From IMG/VR virus record IMGVR_UViG_3300023110_000006: a DNA stretch of 64,000 nt; one strand, written 5' to 3'. Below are positions 28,493 through 37,257 of the stretch, piece by piece (the stretch's first letter is position 1; each line of letters opens with the position of its first letter). The notes under the pieces are model-generated. The model had not been told where the DNA came from, searched no databases, and saw only the letters and a list, made by a program, of their open reading frames with translations. The stretch is from a virus. A program made the position numbers and the translations under genes.

Positions 28493-28867
28493 ATGTTGAA
28501 GCATAAACATTTGGTGGTAAGAGCAGAAGTTGATAATCCAATAATCAACAAAGCAAAAGCCACCAAATTTTTACGATCTTTAATCAAAAAAATTAATATG
28601 AAACCTTTGTATGGTCCAACTGCAAGCTATTGCAAAATGGAGGGTAACAAAGGAATAACTGCTTTTGCAATTATCGAAACAAGTCATATTGCAATGCACA
28701 TATGGGACGAATCACAACCTGCACTAGTACAACTAGATGTATACAGTTGTTCAGACTTTGACCCAAAAACTGTATTTGAACATTTAGAGTCAATGAAACC
28801 AGTAGTAATTGACTATAAATTTTTAGATAGAGAAAAACAATTCATTGAAATATTAAATAATAAATAA
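28493..28867 (+). CDS. speD: S-adenosylmethionine decarboxylase-family proenzyme (pyruvoyl-dependent)
   Basis: GITAFAIIETSHIAMHIWDE and DVYSC motifs; 124 aa. Confidence 0.8.
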   Translation: MLKHKHLVVRAEVDNPIINKAKATKFLRSLIKKINMKPLYGPTASYCKMEGNKGITAFAIIETSHIAMHIWDESQPALVQLDVYSCSDFDPKTVFEHLESMKPVVIDYKFLDREKQFIEILNNK

Positions 28868-28871
28868 TTAT

Positions 28872-28915
28872 ACGTTCAGCCTACGGGCCGGAAGTAGCAT
28901 TAAGCGAAGGAACGC
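28872..28915 (+). ncRNA. Glutamine riboswitch (glnA-motif / glutamine-I class)
   Basis: CGUUC-AGCC(UACG)GGC-CGGAAGUA-GC(AUUAA)GC-GAAG-GAACG matches the P1/P2/E-loop/P3 layout of the glnA RNA as I recall it. Confidence 0.8.
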
Positions 28916-28943
28916 ACCTAAACTTTAACAAAGGGAGGGTGAT

Positions 28944-29099
28944 ATGAACTTTAAATGGGATTTAAAGAAACCCTTAGCAGATCTTAAACGTAAAATAAGC
29001 ACAAGTGCAGTACTACGTAAACGCTCAAAAGACAGCATTGCAAGACCTAAGGCCGAAAAAAATATACTATCTAAAGACTCAAGAATGCAAAAAATTTAA
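28944..29099 (+). CDS. Unannotated 51-aa basic peptide downstream of the glutamine riboswitch
   Basis: MNFKWDLKKPLADLKRKISTSAVLRKRSKDSIARPKAEKNILSKDSRMQKI*; GGAGG RBS at about 28934-28938. Confidence 0.75.
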   Translation: MNFKWDLKKPLADLKRKISTSAVLRKRSKDSIARPKAEKNILSKDSRMQKI

Positions 29100-29118
29100 T
29101 TTTTTGGTAAAAAAGAGG

Positions 29119-29147
29119 TTGACATTTAGATAATAGTTTGCTATATT
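29119..29147 (+). promoter_or_regulatory. Strong sigma70-type promoter (extended -10) for the ncRNA
   Basis: TTGACA(29119-29124)-N17-TATATT(29142-29147), with TG at 29139-29140. Confidence 0.75.
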
Positions 29148-29153
29148 AGTAAC

Positions 29154-29372
29154 ATAAGCAACAAGAGAGTAATTAACTTTTGTTTTTTAGTGCATCGAAG
29201 AGGCTCTTACCAGAGGGTCGAAGATGGCTAGTTAGGGGTGGTACCCAGGCATGGTTGCAGAAATGCGTTGTGTCACATCGCTCTACCGAGCGGAACTAGG
29301 CGCCCGGGATTCAGACAGGTATCTGCGTCGAAGGGTTGTAGGTGAAACCGAGTCCTACCTAAAATTGCTTAT
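29154..29372 (+). ncRNA. Putative stand-alone structured ncRNA (family not recognised)
   Basis: Own promoter and terminator; 5' AUAAGCAA pairs with 3' UUGCUUAU; GC-rich multi-hairpin core with complementary UACC and GGUA loops. Confidence 0.7.
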
Positions 29373-29380
29373 TATCTTTT

Positions 29381-29414
29381 AAGGTTTACAAAGGAGACTT
29401 TGTAAGCCTTTTTT
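29381..29414 (+). terminator. Rho-independent terminator
   Basis: AAGGTTTACAAAG-GAGA-CTTTGTAAGCCTT followed by TTTT. Confidence 0.85.
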
Positions 29415-29423
29415 CATTTGTGA

Positions 29424-29523
29424 TAAATACTTGTGTCAGGTAGTGTGCCGCGAGGCGGACTTATGGGGAACCAACCCCGTAGCACCTAGAACGTGCATCG
29501 GACTTCTATAAAGGAGAAAACAA
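29424..29523 (+). promoter_or_regulatory. Late promoter plus structured 5' leader
   Basis: TAAATA (29424-29429), three hairpins, possible pseudoknot next to the AAGGAG RBS. Confidence 0.55.
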
Positions 29524-29970
29524 ATGGGAAGACCACTTAATAAAAGATACTTCGGCGAACCAACTGCCGGAGGTAATGAAATCAAATGCGATTTTCATAA
29601 CGGGACAGCAGTTGTTGAAGGACACATTGTTCGTCAAAAAGGTAGTAAGAAATTCGTAGTAGCAGAAATCGGTGCATCAGACACTGAATACACTTGCACA
29701 TTAACAACAGGTAAACTTATGTCAGCACTAGCGGCTGGTGAAATGGGTATCACTATGTTAATGGATGATTCAGAAACATATCAAGTTTCTAAAATCACTG
29801 GACGTAAAGCAACACTAGTTGCTCCAGATGCAACAGGAACAAACGCTTATGACGGCAAGTCAGTAGCTTGGAACTTTGACGCAGATCTAACTGATGGCGG
29901 CGCACAAGTTGAAGAAGCTGGTGATGACGATACAGCAGGCGTTGATGATGACGATTTTGCTAACGCATAA
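29524..29970 (+). CDS. Hypothetical virion structural protein (MGRP-start)
   Basis: Late promoter, strong RBS, followed by a strong hairpin (29979-30002). Confidence 0.65.
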   Translation: MGRPLNKRYFGEPTAGGNEIKCDFHNGTAVVEGHIVRQKGSKKFVVAEIGASDTEYTCTLTTGKLMSALAAGEMGITMLMDDSETYQVSKITGRKATLVAPDATGTNAYDGKSVAWNFDADLTDGGAQVEEAGDDDTAGVDDDDFANA

Positions 29971-30019
29971 GGCAATTTTAGGGAGGGAGTTTTCCCTCCC
30001 TACATTATAGGAATTTGAA

Positions 30020-30994
30020 ATGACAAGTGTAGTAAGAGTACCAAATGATGATTATAGTATAAAAGTTCAAGACGGTGGAACTATCACTCTTGATACTGGA
30101 CCTGTGCAAGGTGATGTAGTTGTAACAGGTAATATTACAATCAACGGTACACAAACTGTAGTTAATTCATCAGAGTTAAATATCGAAGATAACATTATTA
30201 CACTAAACTCTGGAGAAACAGGTGTAGGTGTTACGCTACTTACGTCTGGTATACAAATAGACAGAGGCGGAGCGGCAGACAGTCAATTTTTATACGATGA
30301 AGGTATAACATGGACTGATCCTGTAACTAATACTCTACAGAGCGGTGGATTTACATTTAAAAGTTTATCAGGTGCAATACTAGGTATACAAACTGTTGCA
30401 ATTGATACACTTGGCGGAGATTTACATTTAATTAATGAAGGAACTGGTGTTGTAAGTGTTACTGGCACTAATGATTATGAATTGCAAGTAACAGATGACG
30501 ACGACATTCCGAATAAAAAATATGTTGACGATGAAATTGTAACTGCATTAACTAGCACATTCCAAAGACGTATTGAAGAAGGAACAACAAGCAAGTCATT
30601 TGTTGAAGTAAGAGATCAAGAAATAAGCGGACTACAAAGTGTTGTTAATTTTAATTTAGACGGTACAGCTTCTGGACAAATTTTTGCAGACAGAGTTGAA
30701 TTCCAAGATTTACGTATAAAAGACGGTATGATTGAAACACTTATAAGTGATTCAGATTTAACATTATCAGCACCAGGTACTGGCGGAGTTGTTGTACGAG
30801 ATAATATGACTCTTACATCTACTCCAGGATTAGATGATGTTCTTGTTGATCCAGCAAGTCCGACAGATGGTATAAAATTATATGTAAAAACTCCTGAAGC
30901 AGGTGGTACTGGTTTGTTTTTCAAACATAGCGCATCAAAAGACGGAGAAATAGTAAGTAGAAATAGTGCTCTATTATTGAGCATGTTGTTTTAA
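30020..30994 (+). CDS. Virion structural / fibre-associated protein
   Basis: IEDNIITLNSGE and GIQIDRG motifs; beta-rich T/G/V/D composition. Confidence 0.6.
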   Translation: MTSVVRVPNDDYSIKVQDGGTITLDTGPVQGDVVVTGNITINGTQTVVNSSELNIEDNIITLNSGETGVGVTLLTSGIQIDRGGAADSQFLYDEGITWTDPVTNTLQSGGFTFKSLSGAILGIQTVAIDTLGGDLHLINEGTGVVSVTGTNDYELQVTDDDDIPNKKYVDDEIVTALTSTFQRRIEEGTTSKSFVEVRDQEISGLQSVVNFNLDGTASGQIFADRVEFQDLRIKDGMIETLISDSDLTLSAPGTGGVVVRDNMTLTSTPGLDDVLVDPASPTDGIKLYVKTPEAGGTGLFFKHSASKDGEIVSRNSALLLSMLF

Positions 30995-31006
30995 AAAGGA
31001 AAAAAT

Positions 31007-31345
31007 ATGGCCATAGAAAACGTAGCAATAGCAAGTACAGATACAGATCTACTTGTAGTGCCAGCCGGAAAATCCTATGCTGTATTAACCATTATGGTTT
31101 GTAATACTGAAGCACCAAATCCAGTTCATTTAGAACATGGATTGACAAACTTTGATTTACACTTTGTAAAAAGTGGAGATCCTAAAAGTAATACAAATAT
31201 GGTTATCAGATCATTAGATTTGCCCGCTGGTGAAACATTTACATTTGATTCAGAAAAAATTGTTCTGAATGCAGGTGATAAAATTGTAGCACTAGGAGAG
31301 TCTCCGACAAACTTAGTTGCAACAGTAAGTTATTTGGAAGTATAA
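31007..31345 (+). CDS. Small structural protein (paralog family with 42371 and 53432)
   Basis: ~110 aa; IMVCN and KIVLNAGDKI pattern shared with the paralogs. Confidence 0.6.
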   Translation: MAIENVAIASTDTDLLVVPAGKSYAVLTIMVCNTEAPNPVHLEHGLTNFDLHFVKSGDPKSNTNMVIRSLDLPAGETFTFDSEKIVLNAGDKIVALGESPTNLVATVSYLEV

Positions 31346-31347
31346 TT

Positions 31348-31848
31348 ATGAGATTAATGAAAGCACAAAGCTCTAATCTTAGAAGTATAAAAGGTAAGGG
31401 ATTAAAATACGATATTAATGACGTTATACGTATGGACAGCAACTTGGCCATGGTTGTTCCTGTAGGTAATAATGCAGAGCGTCCTGTGTTTCCTGAACCA
31501 GGAATGCTTAGATACAACACAGTTTTAGATGCTTTTGAAATGTATTCAGATGGTGCTTGGGGAGAAGTTAGAAAAAAAGAACCAACTACTATTGTTCAAC
31601 AAAATTTAGGTAATGGAGATGCTAATGAAACAGTATTTGGCCCGTTGAATAACGGTGATCCTAATTTTCCGGCACCTAAAACTGCAAAAAATATAATTGT
31701 GTTAGTGGAAAATGTATTCCAAATTTCAGGCACAAATTATCAACTAGTACAAAATCCAGGAGGAAAAGCACCTGGTTATTATATACAATTTAGTTCTGCA
31801 CCCGATTTAGGTAAGCCGGTTACAGTATTGCATAACTTTGATAAATAA
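31348..31848 (+). CDS. Tail-fibre-associated protein
   Basis: VPVGNNAERP...GMLRYNT...FEMY..GAW motif, also at the C-termini of the long fibres. Confidence 0.6.
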   Translation: MRLMKAQSSNLRSIKGKGLKYDINDVIRMDSNLAMVVPVGNNAERPVFPEPGMLRYNTVLDAFEMYSDGAWGEVRKKEPTTIVQQNLGNGDANETVFGPLNNGDPNFPAPKTAKNIIVLVENVFQISGTNYQLVQNPGGKAPGYYIQFSSAPDLGKPVTVLHNFDK

Positions 31849-31868
31849 TATTAGATTAGGAGTAATAA

Positions 31869-32825
31869 ATGCCGTCATTAAAATCATTGTTAGGATCAAA
31901 AAACTTTAGTACAGCAGAAGTTAACCTTGAACAAGGTAGAATTTATTCGTACATGAATGGTCAAATGTACACAAAAATGTGTAATGGTTTTTGTTTTGTA
32001 GCACCAGGAAATGGTGCTGTAACAATTGACTCTTGGGGCGCAGGAGGATCAGGGGCTAGAATGTGTTGTTGTGGAGGAGGACTTCCAGGCAATGCGGCGG
32101 CATTTACTCGAAAAGAAATAAGCATGAATGCAGGACAAAGAATTTGTGGCTGTATTGGTAAGTCTTGTGGTAATGCAAGTTCTTTATGTTTTAGAGGATG
32201 TTCAGAACCTACTATGTACTGTTGGTTCTCTACAGGAAGCAATGGTTGTGTATGTACACAAGGTGGAAGAGGTGGAATTAGTTTTTGTTCAACTTCTCCA
32301 AGTTTGTATTGTTGCTATAGAGCAAATGGTTTTTGTGCAACAAACAGAGGTCCAAACTGTGGACTAGTATGTAACCAGTGTTCAGGTGCTTTCTTAGCTT
32401 GTAGTTACGGTGGTGATATTAACAGATGTGGTTGTATTAGTTGTTCTAGTTTCTTAGGATGTTATCCACAGTGTACATGTATGCACTATTATCACGTAGC
32501 ACTACCAGCATATGTAATGGGTAAAGATGGTACTATTGTTACATACGCAACAGAAGAAAATAATCCTTATTCAAGATGGTCAGGTATGGGAGCTCACCAA
32601 TATGTAAACGCTCTTAACGCGGCAAGTAGAATGCCAAGTATGGGTGTATATCATGCTTCATGTTGGATGGGTAACAGAGCATGTCAGTGTTACGATATGT
32701 TAGGTTGTCAGCACCAAGTACCATACGGATCGGGCGGTCCTGCGGCAAATCCATGTCCAGGTGTTAGAGACCACGGATGGCGCGGCGGCGACGGCGCAGT
32801 TCGTATTAAATACGTCGAAAGCTAA
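31869..32825 (+). CDS. Cys/Gly-rich protein, paralog 1 (318 aa)
   Basis: About 30 Cys; WGAGGSG...CCC; C-terminal GGDGAVRIKY. Confidence 0.75.
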   Translation: MPSLKSLLGSKNFSTAEVNLEQGRIYSYMNGQMYTKMCNGFCFVAPGNGAVTIDSWGAGGSGARMCCCGGGLPGNAAAFTRKEISMNAGQRICGCIGKSCGNASSLCFRGCSEPTMYCWFSTGSNGCVCTQGGRGGISFCSTSPSLYCCYRANGFCATNRGPNCGLVCNQCSGAFLACSYGGDINRCGCISCSSFLGCYPQCTCMHYYHVALPAYVMGKDGTIVTYATEENNPYSRWSGMGAHQYVNALNAASRMPSMGVYHASCWMGNRACQCYDMLGCQHQVPYGSGGPAANPCPGVRDHGWRGGDGAVRIKYVES

Positions 32826-32867
32826 TAATCTATTACCGATAAATACTGTGTCTAAAGAGGAATCCAC

Positions 32868-35800
32868 ATGGCACAAGTAGGTCGTATATCCGGACCATTA
32901 TTAACTGCAAATTTAGAACGTCAAGGAAAAAATCTTGATTTTAGGAATGCATCTAATAGTGTTCCTACTCTTAAACTTGATGTTAATACAAACAAAATAG
33001 GTGTAAATTTATCTGCGCCTGCATTTGATTTAGATGTTAATTCTACAATTAATGCACCCTTAGTAAGATTGCAATCTTACCAAACCGGTAATTTATCGGT
33101 TAGCGGACAAACTATTCAAGCTCTATCAGGAAATTTAGTTTTCGATGATGATGTTTATACTTCAAGAGCAAGAACACAGCAAATAGATATCCATAATAAT
33201 ACTATAAGCACATATGTTACAAATGCAAATTTAAATTTTCTTCCTAACGGCACAGGAACAATTGAACTACAATCTACTACGAATGTAACAGGAAGTTTAC
33301 ACGCTACCGGCGATATTACAATAGGCGGCAATTTAACAATTGGCGATAGTAATCAAGATACAATTACTTTAAACAGTGATGTTGACAGTGATGTTATACC
33401 TGTATTTGATAGTGCATTTGATTTAGGTAAAGATTATTTAGATTCGTCCCAACACAAAAGTTGGCAAAATCTTCATGTAAACGACTTAACAACAAATATA
33501 TTAACAGTTACACAAGCAACAATTGATAATATAGATTTTACCTTACGTGCTGGAAATATATTTTATGTAAGTTCTTTAGGTTCAGATACAAATAAAGGTG
33601 ATCATCCACAATCTCAATTTTTAACTATACGCAGAGCACTTGAAGCCGCAGATAGTAGTGCAAGTGGACCTACAATAATCCACGTTGCTCCAGGCGACTA
33701 TGCTGAACAACTTCCGTTAGAAATACCTGCAAATACATCTATATTAGGACATGAGCTTAGAAACGTAACTATATTTCCTGACACTAACAGTCAAAGCGAA
33801 GATGTGTTTTTAATCGACGGCGATACAACTATTGAAAATATTACAATTAAAGATTTTTATTATGATAGTGTAAACGACAAAGGCTACGCTATTAGATTTA
33901 AACCAAACGCAACAGTTACAAATAGAAGTCCTTACTTTAGGAATATTACTGTGCTTACAAAAGGATCAACAACTTCTGCAACTGATCCTAGAGGTTATAA
34001 TGCAGGCGATGCAGGAAGAGCTATACTTGCAGATGGTGCAAGTGTTACAGCAAACTCTGAAGAAGCAAGTATGTTGTTTCATGCCTTTACTGCAATTACA
34101 CCTGGAGCACAAGCAGTTACATTTACTAATGGTGTAAGAATTGAATGGTTGAACAGTTTTATCTACTTTGCAGAAACAGGTATTAAGTTAGAAAATGGAC
34201 TTACCGGACATCTAAGCACAGATGGTAGCACAGTAAAATACGGTGCTGAAATGAGATGTATTGGTAGTGCAAACGTATACGGTAATAAAGGAATAATTGC
34301 TGACGGTAATGATTGCGTAGCATATTTGATCGATCATAATTTTGCATATATAGGAAATAATGAAGAAGTTGATAATGATAAAACTACCGTTATACAATCA
34401 AACGAAGTTACAGAATTAAACAATGGTAAAGTACTTTTTTCAAGTATAGATCATAACGGTGATTTAAGAGTAGGAAGTGCGTTATATGTAAATCAAGAAA
34501 CAGGTGAAGTTGATATTAGCAGTGCTAATTTTGATTTTAGTGGAGTTGATCAATTAGTTGTAAGAACTGAAGGCAGTAGTGTTACTATAGATAGCACACA
34601 AGTACGTACTGATTTTATACGATTCCAAAATAATATGATGGAATCAGTAGTTGGTGAATTAAACATCACAAGTCCACAAAGCGTAAACATAAATGCCAAT
34701 ACAAACATTACAGGTAATCTAGGTATAACAGGAAATATTACAATAGGTGGAGAACTTATTACTTTTGGTGATGCAGACACAGATAGCATAGATTTAAGTG
34801 CAGATTTAGTAAGTAATATAATTCCTAATTTTCATAACACATATAGTTTAGGTTCAACTACAAAAAGCTGGTCTAGATTATTTGCAGATCAATTAGACTT
34901 AGACGAAATTCAAATTAGTGGTAATAATATTATTACTAATAATACAAACAGTGATTTATTAATAAATCCAGCAGGTACAGGGCAAACTACTTTTAATAAT
35001 CTAGAAGTTGGTACAGATAGTACAGCAGGAACAGTCGATCTTAATGGAGCACAAACATTTAATAATGATTTGAATGTCAATGCATCAACAACATTTACAG
35101 GTGATATAGTTTCCAACAAAAATACAACTTTTAATACTGTAACTACAACAAGTGTTGATGCACAAGGAATGGCAAATTTTGAAGGTGTTGCAATACTTGG
35201 TAATAAAATAACATCAACAGAAAGTGATAGTAATTTAGAATTCCGTCCAAACGGAACAGGTAAAATTATAATTAACACCGATGTTGATGCAACAAATATT
35301 CAAGCACCTACTGCAAATTACAGTTTTGATAGTGCTACAATGACATCAAGTAGTGGCGAAAGATTAATTACAAATAATTATGATGTCGAAAATCAAATCA
35401 TTGGTGATATAAAAATTGAAGGTAACAGAATTGATACTATAAGCACAAATGCAGATTTAGAATTTAGAGCAAACGGTACAGGTACAGTAATTTTACAAGA
35501 AAATGTTAATGTAACTAATGATATTTCTACCAGCAGTACAGACTTTACAACAGCAACAGGACAAAGTGTAACAACAAATTATGCAACAGTAAACACAGGC
35601 TTTACTGCTCCAGGAAGCAGTATTGGTAGTATTAAATTACATGGAAATACCATTGAAACATTTGACAGTAATGCAGATTTAGAATTAAGAGCAAGTGGTA
35701 CAGGAACTGTACAGCTACAATCAAACACAACAATTCAAAGTAATTTATCAGGTACATCGTACAATCAAAATATTGCAAACTATACAAATGCAACATTTGA

Positions 35801-37121
35801 TGACATTACAATTACAAATAATGTTACAGCACCTACAAACATTCAAACTGAAACTGTAAGTTTTGTAGGTAATGCAATTACTACAAATGCAAGCAATAGT
35901 GATCTAGATTTAAGAGCAAGTGGTACCGGTATTGTAAAACTGCAAGAAGATGTACTAATAGAAAATAATTTAACAATCAATGGTGCAACAAGTTTTAATA
36001 TATCTAACGCAATTAATACAACTGTAAATGATGTAACTACAAATGATTTATACGCACCTACTACTGCAATGTTTGAACAAATACTTGTTAATGGAAACAG
36101 TATGCAAACGTATTTGTCAAATTCAGACTTTGTTTTCAAAGCATCTGGAACAGGAAATGTTGTTATCAATGATAGTGCAACAATAAACAATGCACTAACT
36201 ATTGATGGAATACTAACTGTAGGAGGTATTAATCTTAATGATGATATTGCTGTAAATCAATTAGAAATGAGCGGTAATATTTTCCTAGATGATAATTTTA
36301 TAACAACAACAGAATCAAACAGTAATTTAGAACTTAGAGCAAATGGTGCGGCACTTGTTGAATTACAAGACCTACGTTTTAAAGATAATGTGTTAGATAC
36401 AAAAACTGCTGATAGTACTGCGGCAGATATAATATTCCAGCCGGGAGATTATTTGCAAATAGACTCTACAGGAGATTTATTATTACCAAAGGGTAATTTA
36501 CCATTATATCAAGACGCTCAAATACACTATGATATAAACTTTGACAGCTTTGTCGGATACAGTAATAATGTACACAAAACATTGGGCGGTTTAGCAAGTG
36601 ATGATCAAAAAACTAGAGTGCTTGCAAACACATCTACAAATGGCTTAGAATTTTACATAAAAAATAATAAAATTGCTGACATGGGATATCCTAATTCTAC
36701 CACTTTCAATAGAGTAGAACTAGCAGGTATTGACATTGATGGAAACTTAATTACTTCAAATATTACTAATAGTGATTTGCTATTGTTGCCAGAACAAGGA
36801 ACTGGTGCAGTAACTATAGACAACTGGCGTTTTTTAGACAATAATATACAAATTACAGGCACCGATAATCATGGTGAATTTGCAGGTACAGGCGATGGTT
36901 ATGTTAAATTTGACGGTGTAAAAGGTGTTGTTATTCCTACAGGCGGAAGCGGAACTAGAGAGCCAAATCCAGAACAAGGACACATTAGATACAATACTTC
37001 ATTGGCATTTTTAGAAGTATATGACGGTGCATCTTGGGTAACATCGGCAGGTAGCGGCGCAGGTACAAGTGAAGCAGAAATGCAAGAAATTATGAATGAA
37101 TACATTCTAATCTTTGGGTAA
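32868..37121 (+). CDS. Long tail-fibre-like protein A (1417 aa)
   Basis: GRISGPLL N-terminus, pectin-lyase-like region, repeated (S)N(S/A)DLE(L/F)RA(N/S)GTG units; TAAATA at 32840-32845. Confidence 0.7.
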   Translation: MAQVGRISGPLLTANLERQGKNLDFRNASNSVPTLKLDVNTNKIGVNLSAPAFDLDVNSTINAPLVRLQSYQTGNLSVSGQTIQALSGNLVFDDDVYTSRARTQQIDIHNNTISTYVTNANLNFLPNGTGTIELQSTTNVTGSLHATGDITIGGNLTIGDSNQDTITLNSDVDSDVIPVFDSAFDLGKDYLDSSQHKSWQNLHVNDLTTNILTVTQATIDNIDFTLRAGNIFYVSSLGSDTNKGDHPQSQFLTIRRALEAADSSASGPTIIHVAPGDYAEQLPLEIPANTSILGHELRNVTIFPDTNSQSEDVFLIDGDTTIENITIKDFYYDSVNDKGYAIRFKPNATVTNRSPYFRNITVLTKGSTTSATDPRGYNAGDAGRAILADGASVTANSEEASMLFHAFTAITPGAQAVTFTNGVRIEWLNSFIYFAETGIKLENGLTGHLSTDGSTVKYGAEMRCIGSANVYGNKGIIADGNDCVAYLIDHNFAYIGNNEEVDNDKTTVIQSNEVTELNNGKVLFSSIDHNGDLRVGSALYVNQETGEVDISSANFDFSGVDQLVVRTEGSSVTIDSTQVRTDFIRFQNNMMESVVGELNITSPQSVNINANTNITGNLGITGNITIGGELITFGDADTDSIDLSADLVSNIIPNFHNTYSLGSTTKSWSRLFADQLDLDEIQISGNNIITNNTNSDLLINPAGTGQTTFNNLEVGTDSTAGTVDLNGAQTFNNDLNVNASTTFTGDIVSNKNTTFNTVTTTSVDAQGMANFEGVAILGNKITSTESDSNLEFRPNGTGKIIINTDVDATNIQAPTANYSFDSATMTSSSGERLITNNYDVENQIIGDIKIEGNRIDTISTNADLEFRANGTGTVILQENVNVTNDISTSSTDFTTATGQSVTTNYATVNTGFTAPGSSIGSIKLHGNTIETFDSNADLELRASGTGTVQLQSNTTIQSNLSGTSYNQNIANYTNATFDDITITNNVTAPTNIQTETVSFVGNAITTNASNSDLDLRASGTGIVKLQEDVLIENNLTINGATSFNISNAINTTVNDVTTNDLYAPTTAMFEQILVNGNSMQTYLSNSDFVFKASGTGNVVINDSATINNALTIDGILTVGGINLNDDIAVNQLEMSGNIFLDDNFITTTESNSNLELRANGAALVELQDLRFKDNVLDTKTADSTAADIIFQPGDYLQIDSTGDLLLPKGNLPLYQDAQIHYDINFDSFVGYSNNVHKTLGGLASDDQKTRVLANTSTNGLEFYIKNNKIADMGYPNSTTFNRVELAGIDIDGNLITSNITNSDLLLLPEQGTGAVTIDNWRFLDNNIQITGTDNHGEFAGTGDGYVKFDGVKGVVIPTGGSGTREPNPEQGHIRYNTSLAFLEVYDGASWVTSAGSGAGTSEAEMQEIMNEYILIFG

Positions 37122-37145
37122 GCTGTACATTATTTCATAATCACA

Positions 37146-37257
37146 TAAATACATTATATAACATTAAATCAGACCTAAAATTTGATGTTATCATACTGTG
37201 GTCAACCCGCAATGTAAGGTGGTTGGTGGCACAAGATGCCCGTATTGAGGAGAAGAG
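37146..37257 (+). promoter_or_regulatory. Late promoter plus structured 5' leader (hairpin and three-way junction)
   Basis: TAAATA 37146-37151; helices 37158-37169/37180-37191, 37201-37207/37221-37227, 37228-37231/37237-37240 and 37193-37196/37242-37245, adjoining the GAGGAG RBS. Confidence 0.5.

Noticed and set aside
29154-29372. RNase P, tmRNA, 6S or SRP identity for the ncRNA
   Set aside because: No GAGGAAAGUCC, no tRNA-like ends or tag ORF, and no long-rod or SRP loop signature.
29251-29382. 43-codon ORF MVAEMRCVTSLYRAELGARDSDRYLRRRVVGETESYLKLLIIF inside the ncRNA
   Set aside because: No adjacent RBS, atypical GC-rich codons, and it runs through the hairpin core; likely incidental.
29979-30002. 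Hairpin TAGGGAGGGA-GTTT-TCCCTCCCTA as a terminator
   Set aside because: No downstream U-tract; it may be a stabilising or processing hairpin, so it is not called as a terminator.
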